From: Betaproteobacteria bacterium
GTDB taxonomy: Bacteria; Pseudomonadota; Gammaproteobacteria; Burkholderiales; SG8-39
NCBI GenBank assembly: GCA_947482825.1
Contig: CANKMT010000015.1
Coordinates: 122-64,121, forward strand
Direction of reading: 5' to 3'
DNA: 64,000 nucleotides
The notes under the pieces are model-generated. The model had not been told where the DNA came from. It made no database searches and was given only the letters and a program-made list of their open reading frames with translations. Below, one piece after another: positions 38,112 through 47,002 of this stretch (positions are counted from its first letter, which is position 1; each line of letters opens with the position of its first letter). The position numbers and the translations under genes were made by a program.

Positions 38112-39122
38112 ATGAACCAGGAAACTTCAAGCGCCAGTAACAAGCGAATGCGGACGCTGCGCCACTGCTGGCACCCGGTCGCGTACGCGCATGCAATTAC
38201 GGACGCACCGTGCGCGTCGATGCTGCTCGGTGAGCCTCTCGTGCTTTGGCGCGATGCGAATGGCCGGATCCGCGTGTTGCGCGATGCGTGCGTCCATCGC
38301 GGCACGGCGTTGTCGCTCGGGCGCGTCGAGGCGGGGGAAATCGTCTGCCCCTATCACGGCTGGCGCTACGACACGGAAGGGCGCTGCACGCGGATCCCGC
38401 AACTTCAGGAACCCGGCCGTGTGCCGCCGAAAGCCCGCGTGGATTGCTTTCGCGCACAAGAAAAGCATGGCCTCATCTGGGTCGCGCTGGAAGAACCGCG
38501 CTGGGAGTTGCCGCAGATCCCGGAATTCGAGGACCCGAAATGGAAAGTGGTGCGGACCGGACCGTTTGCCTGGAACTGCGACGCTTCGCGCCAGTTGGAG
38601 AACTTCACCGACTTCGGGCACTTCGCGTTCGTGCATCCGGGCCTGTTGGGTGATCCTGCCAAGCCGGTGGTCGTGCCTTACACGGTCGAGATCGAGGGTC
38701 CTGTCGTGCGCTACAGCTACGGCCGCCCGGACCAGAAGAACACGGACAGTTTTCCGGTGTTCACCGAAGCAGAACGCAAGGACGAACTTCGCCGCACGCG
38801 CTATGCGATTCATCTGCCTTTCACGCTGGTCGAGCATATCGACTGGGGCGATGCGGACGGCCTGGTGTACCTGTTCGTTTCCCAGCCCGTGGACGAGGAC
38901 CATTGCATCGGCTACTGCCTGGTCGCGCGCAACTACAATTTCGACCAGCCCGATGCGGTGATGCAGGAGTTCGAGCGCACGATCTTCGGGCAGGACCAGC
39001 GGATCGTCGAGTCGCAGCGACCCTCCATCGTGCCGTTCGATGCGCAGGCCGAGATGCATTTGAAGTTCGACGCGGTGGCGATGAGCTACCGGCGCGCCAC
39101 GCGCGAGCAGGGGTTGGACTGA
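38112..39122 (+). CDS. Rieske non-heme iron oxygenase alpha subunit (VanA/Ndm demethylase-like)
   Basis: CVHRG...CPYHGW; ENFTDFGHFAFVH; QDQRIVESQ. Confidence 0.88.
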   Translation: MNQETSSASNKRMRTLRHCWHPVAYAHAITDAPCASMLLGEPLVLWRDANGRIRVLRDACVHRGTALSLGRVEAGEIVCPYHGWRYDTEGRCTRIPQLQEPGRVPPKARVDCFRAQEKHGLIWVALEEPRWELPQIPEFEDPKWKVVRTGPFAWNCDASRQLENFTDFGHFAFVHPGLLGDPAKPVVVPYTVEIEGPVVRYSYGRPDQKNTDSFPVFTEAERKDELRRTRYAIHLPFTLVEHIDWGDADGLVYLFVSQPVDEDHCIGYCLVARNYNFDQPDAVMQEFERTIFGQDQRIVESQRPSIVPFDAQAEMHLKFDAVAMSYRRATREQGLD

Positions 39123-39157
39123 GCGCCCGGCCCGGTGACGCGGGCCTGCAGCCGAAA

Positions 39158-39226
39158 CAGGCAATGCTGCCATTTTTTGCCATAGCCCCGCGTGGATATT
39201 GGCTTTCCTGTCGGAATGCTGCCATC
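39158..39226 (-). repeat. Repeat B, 69 bp
   Basis: Reverse complement is 59/69 identical to 50059-50127; ATGGCAGCATT near both ends as a direct repeat. Confidence 0.8.
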
Positions 39227-39256
39227 GCCCAGGTGGCCGATGGAGTCAAGCTACCG

Positions 39257-39321
39257 TAATCCGGTCTAATCCGGTTTATATTCCGGTTTATAATCAGGTC
39301 TAATCCGGTGAATATTCGGGT
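39257..39321. promoter_or_regulatory. Array of six TAATCCGGT-like direct repeats upstream of fic
   Basis: Copies at about 39257, 39267, 39279, 39291, 39301 and 39313. Confidence 0.65.
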
Positions 39322-39324
39322 GCC

Positions 39325-40371
39325 ATGAAGACTGAAACCATCCAAATCACGCCAGAGCTGCTCATCCTGTTGAGCGAACTGGACGAGTTCAAGGGCGCTT
39401 GGCGTGCCCTGGGAACGCTGGCGCCTGAGCGATTGAGTGCGCTGCGGCATGTGGCCACGATCGAAAGCATCGGGTCATCCACCCGCATTGAAGGCAGCAA
39501 GCTAAGCGACCGCGAAGTCGGGCACCTGCTGTCGAGGCTCGAAATCAAGAAATTCGACAGCCGAGACGAACAGGAAGTCGCCGGCTACGCCGAGACCATG
39601 GAAACGGTTTTCCATTCTTTTGCGGACATCCCAGTCACCGAGAACCACCTCAAGCAACTGCACCGGGACCTCCTTCGATACAGCCACAAAGATGAGCGTC
39701 ACCGCGGCGATTACAAAAAACTGCCCAACAACGTCGTTGCTTTCGACGCCGCGGGCAAGATGGTCGGCGCGGTGTTCGAGACGGCCTCGCCGTTTGACAC
39801 CCCGCGCCGAATGAGCGAACTGGTTGCGTGGCTGAGAGATGCGCGGGAAATCGGCAGGCTTCATCCGCTGCTGATAGTGGCGGTGTTCACCGTCACTTTC
39901 CTGGAGATTCATCCCTTCCAGGACGGCAACGGACGCTTGAGTCGTATCTTGACCACGCTATTGCTGCTGCAGGCAGGCTACGCTTATGTGCCCTACAGCT
40001 CGCTGGAAAGCGTCATTGAGCACAGCAAGGAAGGCTATTACCTCGCCTTGCGCCAAACACAACAATCCATTCATAGCGAGGCGCCCGATTGGCAGCCTTG
40101 GCTTATGTTCTTCATGCGGGCTTTGCAGCAACAAAAGCGGCGCCTTGCAGCCAAAGTCGAAAGGGAAAAGGGGGCTTTCGCGACACTGCCCGCGTTGGCC
40201 GTCAAGATATTGGATTACGTTCGCGATCATGGCCGTGTGACATCGCGCGACATGGTTCGCGATTCTGGCGCCAGTCCGAACACGTTGAAGACGATGTTCG
40301 GCGCCTTGGTCAAGAAGGGGTTGCTGGTCCGACATGGTGGCGGTCGCTCAATTTGGTACGGACTTCCCTGA
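39325..40371 (+). CDS. Fic-domain protein (class II) with a C-terminal wHTH
   Basis: HPFQDGNGRLSR catalytic motif; STRIEG inhibitory motif; lower GC than the flanks. Confidence 0.92.
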   Translation: MKTETIQITPELLILLSELDEFKGAWRALGTLAPERLSALRHVATIESIGSSTRIEGSKLSDREVGHLLSRLEIKKFDSRDEQEVAGYAETMETVFHSFADIPVTENHLKQLHRDLLRYSHKDERHRGDYKKLPNNVVAFDAAGKMVGAVFETASPFDTPRRMSELVAWLRDAREIGRLHPLLIVAVFTVTFLEIHPFQDGNGRLSRILTTLLLLQAGYAYVPYSSLESVIEHSKEGYYLALRQTQQSIHSEAPDWQPWLMFFMRALQQQKRRLAAKVEREKGAFATLPALAVKILDYVRDHGRVTSRDMVRDSGASPNTLKTMFGALVKKGLLVRHGGGRSIWYGLP

Positions 40372-40385
40372 CTAAAGTAGGCCCT

Positions 40386-41984
40386 ATGGACCTACCCCCC
40401 GACGAAACCTGCGTGCTCGGTCCCGCCCTGCGGCGCCAGGCGCGCGAGCGCGGCGGCCAGGTGTTCGTGCGCTTTGCCGAAGGCGGCGAATGGACCTATG
40501 CGCAAACCCTCGCGCAGGCCGGACGTTGCGCGGCGGGACTGGCACGTCTCGGCGTCCGGCAAGGCGACCGTGTCTTCGTGTGGCTGCCCAACGGCGCCGA
40601 CATGCTGCGCGTATGGTTCGGCATCAATCTGCTGGGCGCGGTGCTTGTTCCGATCAACACGGCCTACAAAGGAACGTTGCTCGCGCATGTGGCCGCGAGC
40701 TCTGGCGCCACGCTGGCGGTTGTCCACGCAGGATTGGTGTCGCGGTTCGAAACCAGTGGCATCGGCGTGCTCAGGAGGATCGTTGTCTTGGGCGGGAGCG
40801 GCAGTGCCAGAGCGCCCGCAGGCCTCGAGGTTCTCGATCCATCGAGCCTCGACGCCAATCCGGCACCCGAACTGGCCGATATCCGCCCGCGCCCCTGGGA
40901 TCTTCAGGCGCTCGTCTACACTTCAGGCACCACCGGCGCCTCCAAAGGCGTGCTCACGCCGTACTTTCACCTCGCGCAGATGGCTGTCGCCGGGCGCGAG
41001 ATGGTCACCGCCTTGGATCGGCGGCTGGTCAACCTGCCGCTCTTTCATTCCGGCGGACTGCTCGGGGTCTACGGCATGCTGCTGACCGGCGGATCGATCG
41101 CGCTGGCCGAGAGCTTCAACACCGCCACGTTCTGGCGAACGGTGCGCGAAACGCGCTGCACCGTGTGCACGTTGCTAGGCGCGATGGTCGCCTTCCTGAT
41201 GAAGGCCCCGCCGGGCCCCGAGGACCGTGACCACGCGCTGCGCATCGTGTCGTTGGTGCCGTTGCCTAAAGGTGCACAAGCGTTCGCCGAGCGATTCGGC
41301 GTCACGGTCCACACCAACTACAACTCGACCGAAACCAGCAACTGCCTGGTGTCGGGACCGAATCCCACGCGAGCAGGTCTGTGCGGGCGGCCGAGGCCGG
41401 GGGTCGAGGCGCGCCTGGTCGACGCCAACGACTTCGAGGTGCCGACAGACGAGGTGGGCGAACTGGTGTTGCGCACCGCGCTGCCCTGGGCAATGACACC
41501 TGGCTACCAGGATGACGCCGAGGCCACGGCAGTGCTGTGGCGCAACGGTTGGCTGCACACCGGGGACTTGTTCCGGCGCGATCCGAGCGGCGACTACTAT
41601 TTCATCGACCGCGGCAAGGACGCAATCCGCCGCAGGGGGGAGAACATCTCTTCGTACGAAGTCGAGATCGAGTTGCTCGCCCACTCGGGCGTTCGCGAAG
41701 CGGCGGTGGTTGCGGTGGCGAGCGACCTGGGCGAGGACGAAGTGCTGGCGATCGTCGCGCCGCGCCCCGGTGTTCGCATCGACTGCGCGGAGTTGCTCGA
41801 ATTCCTGCGCCCGCGCATGGCGCATTTCATGTTGCCGCGCTACATCCGGGTGGTGGAGGACCTGCCGCGCACCCCGACCCACAAGGTGCAGAAATTCGTT
41901 CTGCGCGCGCTGGGCTGCGCGCCCGGCACCTGGGACCGCGAGGCCGCGGGCATCGTGGTCAAGCGCGAGAAGCTGGAGGGCTGA
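40386..41984 (+). CDS. Acyl-CoA ligase, CaiC (crotonobetaine/carnitine-CoA ligase)-like
   Basis: YTSGTTGASKG, WLHTGD, IRRRGENISSYEVE, LPRTPTHKVQK. Confidence 0.88.
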   Translation: MDLPPDETCVLGPALRRQARERGGQVFVRFAEGGEWTYAQTLAQAGRCAAGLARLGVRQGDRVFVWLPNGADMLRVWFGINLLGAVLVPINTAYKGTLLAHVAASSGATLAVVHAGLVSRFETSGIGVLRRIVVLGGSGSARAPAGLEVLDPSSLDANPAPELADIRPRPWDLQALVYTSGTTGASKGVLTPYFHLAQMAVAGREMVTALDRRLVNLPLFHSGGLLGVYGMLLTGGSIALAESFNTATFWRTVRETRCTVCTLLGAMVAFLMKAPPGPEDRDHALRIVSLVPLPKGAQAFAERFGVTVHTNYNSTETSNCLVSGPNPTRAGLCGRPRPGVEARLVDANDFEVPTDEVGELVLRTALPWAMTPGYQDDAEATAVLWRNGWLHTGDLFRRDPSGDYYFIDRGKDAIRRRGENISSYEVEIELLAHSGVREAAVVAVASDLGEDEVLAIVAPRPGVRIDCAELLEFLRPRMAHFMLPRYIRVVEDLPRTPTHKVQKFVLRALGCAPGTWDREAAGIVVKREKLEG

Positions 41985-41996
41985 GCCCCGCGGGCT

Positions 41997-42473
41997 TCAG
42001 GCAGGCCTTCGCTTGTACATCGAGGTGGCCTCCAGCGTGTGCACCACTTCGCCGCGCTGGTTTACCACCTCGCGCACGAAAGTCACGATGCCCTGGTGCG
42101 GCTTGCTGGTGGTCTTCTTCTCCTTCACCTTCGCCACCACATGGATCGTGTCGCCGTGCTTGACCGGCGCATGCACACGCCACTTGTCCACGCCGAGCAT
42201 CGCGATGATGGTGCCGTCGTTGAGGCCCATCTGGACCAGCAATCCCGCCGCAATCGCGAAGATCAGCGGCCCGTGCGCGATCGGCTCGCCGTAGGGCTGC
42301 TCGCGGCAGTACTCGAAGTCCACGTGCGGCGGGTTGAAGTCGCCCGACAGGCAGGCGAAATTGATGATGTCGGTCTGCGTAATCGTCCGGCGCGGGGAGA
42401 CGAACGTGGCGCCGATCTCGAAGTCCTCGAAATATTTTCCTCGCGGCTCGTAGGCGGGTGCGCTGCTGTTCAT
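41997..42473 (-). CDS. MaoC-family dehydratase
   Basis: YFEDFEIG, SGDFNPPHVD, IAHG. Confidence 0.88.
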   Translation of the reverse strand: MNSSAPAYEPRGKYFEDFEIGATFVSPRRTITQTDIINFACLSGDFNPPHVDFEYCREQPYGEPIAHGPLIFAIAAGLLVQMGLNDGTIIAMLGVDKWRVHAPVKHGDTIHVVAKVKEKKTTSKPHQGIVTFVREVVNQRGEVVHTLEATSMYKRRPA

Positions 42474-42599
42474 GGCTCTGTCTCCAGGCGTGGGACTGCG
42501 GAGCGGAAATTATGCGCCGCCGGGGAACGTGCCGGCGGCGCGAAGAGCGAAACGAGGTTCGTTGGGAGCAGGCAGGGTTCTGAAAAAAATGGCTATAAC

Positions 42600-42625
42600 T
42601 CCACTTTACTCATGAGTAAAGTGGA
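42600..42625. promoter_or_regulatory. Perfect 26-bp palindrome upstream of the AAA ATPase
   Basis: TCCACTTTACTCA|TGAGTAAAGTGGA. Confidence 0.7.
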
Positions 42626-42639
42626 CTATAATCTACTTT

Positions 42640-43776
42640 ATGCATGCGTCCCGCTATCTGCAAAGCAGCGTCACGGAAAGCCTGAAGCGAAAGATGGTTT
42701 TCATCGGCGGTCCGCGCCAGGTTGGCAAGACGACGTTCGCCTTGGGCTTCCTGGGCAAGGGTGCGGACGCGACTCACCCCGCCTACCTGAACTGGGATCA
42801 TCCCGGTGTCCCGCCCCGGCTGAGGGGTGCGGAACTGCCGGCCGGTGAACCCTTGCTGCTTCTGGATGAAATCCACAAGTACAGCCGATGGAGGAATCTG
42901 CTTAAAGGCATCTACGATACGGAACGATCCAGGCGCAAGATTATCGTCACCGGCTCCGCCCGGCTCGATTATTACCGCAAGGGCGGCGACTCCCTCGCCG
43001 GACGCTACCGGTACTTCCGCCTGCATCCTTTTTCGCTGCGGGAATTGAACCGCAGGCCTTCGCGCTCCGACCTCGATGCGCTGCTGAAATTCGGCGGTTT
43101 TCCGGAGCCGCTGTTTGCCCAGGATGAGGCGGAGCACCGCATCTGGCGGAGAGACCGGATCTCACGGGTCGTACGCGAGGATCTCCGCGATCTGGAACAC
43201 GTGCGCGAGATCAGTCTGGTCGAGCATCTCACCGATATGCTGCCATCCAAAGTGGGTTCGCCGCTTTCCGTGAAGAGCTTGCGCGAGGATCTGCAGATCG
43301 ACCACAAGACCGCGGAGCGCTGGCTGCAGATACTCGAAAACATGTACGTCTGCTTCCGGCTTGCTCCCTACGGGCCGCCCAGGGTGCGTGCCGTGAAGAA
43401 GCAAACGAAACTCTATCTTTGGGACTGGTCCAGCGTCGAGGACGCCGGGCCGCGATTCGAGAACATGGTCGCCTGCCAGCTTCTCAAGTATTGCCACTGG
43501 GTCGAAGACACGCAGGGCCATTCGATGGAACTTCGCTACTTGCGCGACACGGACCAGCGCGAGGTGGATTTTGTCGTGCTTAAAGACCGGAAGCCCATTT
43601 TTGCGGTCGAATGCAAGTCGGGAGAGAAAGCGATCGGTCCCGCGCTTGGCTATTTCGCCGCGAGAACGCCGATTCCCCGCTTCTACCAGACCCATCTCGG
43701 TGAGCGGCATTACGTCACCGGCAAGGTGACGGTGGTGCCGTTTATCAAACTCTGCGAAGAGCTGGAGCTTCCTTAG
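42640..43776 (+). CDS. AAA+ ATPase (AAA_14/DUF4143 type) with a PD-(D/E)XK-like tail
   Basis: GPRQVGKTT, LDEIH, VTGS, SLAGR, FGGFPE, EVDFV...VECK. Confidence 0.88.
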   Translation: MHASRYLQSSVTESLKRKMVFIGGPRQVGKTTFALGFLGKGADATHPAYLNWDHPGVPPRLRGAELPAGEPLLLLDEIHKYSRWRNLLKGIYDTERSRRKIIVTGSARLDYYRKGGDSLAGRYRYFRLHPFSLRELNRRPSRSDLDALLKFGGFPEPLFAQDEAEHRIWRRDRISRVVREDLRDLEHVREISLVEHLTDMLPSKVGSPLSVKSLREDLQIDHKTAERWLQILENMYVCFRLAPYGPPRVRAVKKQTKLYLWDWSSVEDAGPRFENMVACQLLKYCHWVEDTQGHSMELRYLRDTDQREVDFVVLKDRKPIFAVECKSGEKAIGPALGYFAARTPIPRFYQTHLGERHYVTGKVTVVPFIKLCEELELP

Positions 43777-43797
43777 GCGGCGGCAATCCCGCGGTAT

Positions 43798-44502
43798 TTA
43801 ACGCAGCCCGAGGAACGAATCCACCATCGCCGGGTCCTTGCGCGCCTGCTCGCCATCGGCCTCGTAGGCCAGGCGTCCCGAGACCAGCACCGCCACGCGA
43901 TCGGCGACCCTCAGGGCGCGGTGCGTGTTTTGCTCCACCAGCAGCACCCCGAGGCCCTGGCGTTTGAGAGCGAGCAATGCTTCGAAGCACTGTTCGACCA
44001 TGGCCGGCATCAGCCCGAGCGACAACTCGTCGACCAGGAGCAGTTTGGGTTTGGCCATCAGCGCGCGGCCGATGGCGAGCATCTGTTGCTCGCCGCCCGA
44101 GAGCAGGCCGGCGGCCTGCCTGCGCCGCTCGGCAAGACGGGGGAACAGTTCGAACACCGATTGCTCGATGCGGCGGGCTTCGATCAGGGGCAGGGTGTAG
44201 CCGCCCACGAGCAGGTTCTCGGCCACCGTCAGGTCGGGGAAGATGCGCCGGCCTTCGGGCGCGATGGCGATTCCACGGCGCGTGCGCTCGGCCGGCGGCA
44301 ATCCCGTCATGTCCTCGCCCTTGAACATGATGCGCCCGGCCTGCACTTGCACGTGGCCCGCGATCGCCATCATGGTCGAAGTCTTGCCGGCGCCATTGGG
44401 TCCGAGCAGCGCGGTGATCCTGCCGGCCTCCACTTTCAGGTCGAGCGTCTCGACCGCGCGAACGAGGCCGTAGCCGCACGCAAAGCCTTGCAGCTCAAGC
44501 AT
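43798..44502 (-). CDS. livF: Branched-chain amino acid-type ABC ATPase
   Basis: GPNGAGKT, LSGGEQQMLAIGRALM, VEQN. Confidence 0.88.
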   Translation of the reverse strand: MLELQGFACGYGLVRAVETLDLKVEAGRITALLGPNGAGKTSTMMAIAGHVQVQAGRIMFKGEDMTGLPPAERTRRGIAIAPEGRRIFPDLTVAENLLVGGYTLPLIEARRIEQSVFELFPRLAERRRQAAGLLSGGEQQMLAIGRALMAKPKLLLVDELSLGLMPAMVEQCFEALLALKRQGLGVLLVEQNTHRALRVADRVAVLVSGRLAYEADGEQARKDPAMVDSFLGLR

Positions 44503-45262
44503 GCGCGGCCTCGGCATCGGCCGAAGTCCCAAGGTAGGCTTCGCGCACGTCCCCGCGCTGCATCACCGGTCCGGGCGCGCCTTTGGCGAGCACCTCGCCG
44601 TTATGAAGCACCACCAGGCGCTGCGAAATACGGGTGACTTCGCCCAGGTTGTGCTCCACCAGCACGATGGTGATCCCGCCCTCGTTCAGCTCGACGATCA
44701 GGTCGGCAAAGCGCGCCGCTTCGGTGTAGTTGAGCCCCGCGAGCGGCTCATCGAGCATCAGCAGCCGCGGCCGCAGGGCGAGCGCCCGCGCCACCTGCAT
44801 GCGCTTGAGATAGCCCAGCGGCACGCTGCGCGCAGACTTGTCCGCGGCGTCGGCGATGCCCAGCCGCTCGAGCAGCGCCATCGAACGCTCGCGAGCCGCA
44901 CGCGCGTCCACCGTCGCCAGCGCACGCCATGGGTGGACCGTCACCTCGAGGGCGGCGGCGACCATCACGTTCTCCAGCAGCGTCATGTCGCGAAACGGCC
45001 GCACGATCTGATGGGTAAGCGCAAAACCGAGCTGGGCGCGACGATGGATCGGCATGCGCGTCACGTCGCGCCCCTCGAATCGCACGCGGCCGGTGTCGGG
45101 CGTGAGCACGCCGGTGAGCAGGCGCAGCAAAGTGGTCTTGCCGGCGCCGTTGGGTCCGATCAGGCCCACCAGTTCGCCGGGCGCGACCGCAAGGGACACG
45201 CCGGCCACGGCGCGCACGCCACCGAACGATATCGCCAGGGCCTCACCTTCGAGCATCATCAT
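44495..45262 (-). CDS. livG: Branched-chain amino acid-type ABC ATPase
   Basis: FGGVRAV, GPNGAGKTT, DEPLAGLN, VREAYLG. Confidence 0.88.
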   Translation of the reverse strand: MMMLEGEALAISFGGVRAVAGVSLAVAPGELVGLIGPNGAGKTTLLRLLTGVLTPDTGRVRFEGRDVTRMPIHRRAQLGFALTHQIVRPFRDMTLLENVMVAAALEVTVHPWRALATVDARAARERSMALLERLGIADAADKSARSVPLGYLKRMQVARALALRPRLLMLDEPLAGLNYTEAARFADLIVELNEGGITIVLVEHNLGEVTRISQRLVVLHNGEVLAKGAPGPVMQRGDVREAYLGTSADAEAAHA

Positions 45263-46098
45263 GCGAGCCTCCGACCGGTCAGGCGGAACACCAGTCCCGC
45301 CAGTCCCCCGGGGCTGAAACGCATCACGACCAGTAGCAGGCCGCCGTAAACGAGCAGTTTGTAGTCGTTGATGAAGCGGAACATCTCCGGCATCAGCGTG
45401 AGCAGTACCGCGCCCGCCACCACGCCCCACGAAGAGCCAATGCCGCCGACCACCACCATCGCGAGGATGGTCACCGACTGCACGAAGTTGAACGCATCGG
45501 GCACGATGAGTTGCGTCATGTGCGCATAGATGCCGCCGGCCAGTCCCGCGGCAGCGGTGCCGAGGAGGAACGCGGTGATCTTGTAGCCGGCCACGTCGAT
45601 GCCGACGCTGCGCGCGGCGTCCTCGTCCTGGGCGACCGCGCCGAACGCGCGCCCCATCCAGCTGCGCCGGATATGCAAGCTGAGCAGCAACAGCGCGATG
45701 GCCGCGCCGATCGACAGAAGCGCGTAGCCCCACTTGTCAAGCGGCGAAGGAATGCGCGCGATGCCCATTTCGGCGCCGAGCCACTGCTGTTTTCTCACCA
45801 CGCCGAGGAACAGGAACCCGACGCCCATGGTGACGATGGCGAGGAAATCCTCGCGCACGCGCAGCGCCGCGAAGCCGGTGATCACGCCGAACACCCCGGC
45901 CACCAGCATGCCCACGGGAATCGACAACCAGATCGGCGCGCCGGCCACCGCGCAGAGCGCTGCTGCATAAGCGCCCAGGCCGTAGAACGCCGCATGGCCC
46001 AGGCTCACTTGTCCGCAGAAGCCGCTGATGAGGTTTAGGCCGAGCGCAAGGATTGCGTTCAGTGCGGCGAAGGTGGCGACCGAGAGGTAGTAGTCCAT
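45259..46098 (-). CDS. livM: Branched-chain amino acid-type ABC permease
   Basis: GQVSLGHAAFYGLGAY, DEDAARSVGI. Confidence 0.88.
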   Translation of the reverse strand: MDYYLSVATFAALNAILALGLNLISGFCGQVSLGHAAFYGLGAYAAALCAVAGAPIWLSIPVGMLVAGVFGVITGFAALRVREDFLAIVTMGVGFLFLGVVRKQQWLGAEMGIARIPSPLDKWGYALLSIGAAIALLLLSLHIRRSWMGRAFGAVAQDEDAARSVGIDVAGYKITAFLLGTAAAGLAGGIYAHMTQLIVPDAFNFVQSVTILAMVVVGGIGSSWGVVAGAVLLTLMPEMFRFINDYKLLVYGGLLLVVMRFSPGGLAGLVFRLTGRRLA

Positions 46099-46108
46099 GT
46101 GCCGTGCC

Positions 46109-46975
46109 TCAGTGCGCCTTGCCAAGCAGGCCTTGCGGCCGGATCATGAGGATCACGATCAGCACAAGGAAAGCGATCGCATCGCGATCCAGCAATTTGT
46201 CGAGGTATACGGTACCGAAACTCTCGATCACGCCCAGAAGCAGGCTCGCGACCAGCGTCCCGGGCACGTTGCCCAGGCCGCCGAGCACGATGATCGCGAG
46301 GCCCTTGTAGCCGATCATGGCGCCCATGCCGGGCTCGACCAGGTTGTTCAGCAGGCCCACGAGCACGCCTGCGACCCCGGCCAACGCCGAGGCGATGAAG
46401 AAACTCTGGTAACGCACCCCCGAAACGCCGACGCCGAAGCTTTCGGCCATCGCCGGGTCGGACACCGTGGCCCGCCACGCGACGCCGGCGCGCGTGCGCG
46501 TCGCGAACCAGGCGAATGCCGAGAGCAGGCCCACCGCCGCTATCACCATCGAGATTTGCACGACATTGAGCGACAGTCCGGCCCATGAGTAGGTCGTGGT
46601 GAACCACGTGTTCCTGGTGAACGAGAGGCCGTAGGGCCCGAACAACAGCCGGAAGCCGTCCTCCATCGCGATCAGCAAGCCGATGGACGCCACCAGCGCC
46701 ACGTAGGGCGGCTTGTCGAGCATCGGCTGATACACCAGCCGATAGATGAGCGGTCCCAGAGCCGCGGCCGACAGCGCGGCGGCGGGAAACGCCAAGGCGA
46801 GGCTGCCGGTGTGGTTGGCCACGAGCAGCCCGACGTAGGCGCCCAGCGTGAAGACCGTGGCCTGCGCCACGTGCAGGATGCGCAGCAGCCCATACACCAG
46901 CGTCAGGCCGAGCGCCATCATGGCGTAGGTGCATCCCCACACCAGCCCGACCAGCAGCAGTTCGAGCAGGTACAT
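46109..46975 (-). CDS. livH: Branched-chain amino acid-type ABC permease
   Basis: ALGLTLVYG, LGGLGN, IRPQGLLG. Confidence 0.88.
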   Translation of the reverse strand: MYLLELLLVGLVWGCTYAMMALGLTLVYGLLRILHVAQATVFTLGAYVGLLVANHTGSLALAFPAAALSAAALGPLIYRLVYQPMLDKPPYVALVASIGLLIAMEDGFRLLFGPYGLSFTRNTWFTTTYSWAGLSLNVVQISMVIAAVGLLSAFAWFATRTRAGVAWRATVSDPAMAESFGVGVSGVRYQSFFIASALAGVAGVLVGLLNNLVEPGMGAMIGYKGLAIIVLGGLGNVPGTLVASLLLGVIESFGTVYLDKLLDRDAIAFLVLIVILMIRPQGLLGKAH

Positions 46976-47002
46976 GCGCGGGCCGCCCCTGCCGCGGCCG
47001 GC

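Noticed and set aside
39257-39321. Short repeats considered as a CRISPR array
   Set aside because: Units are 9 bp with 1-3 bp gaps, there are no spacers, and no cas genes are in the window.
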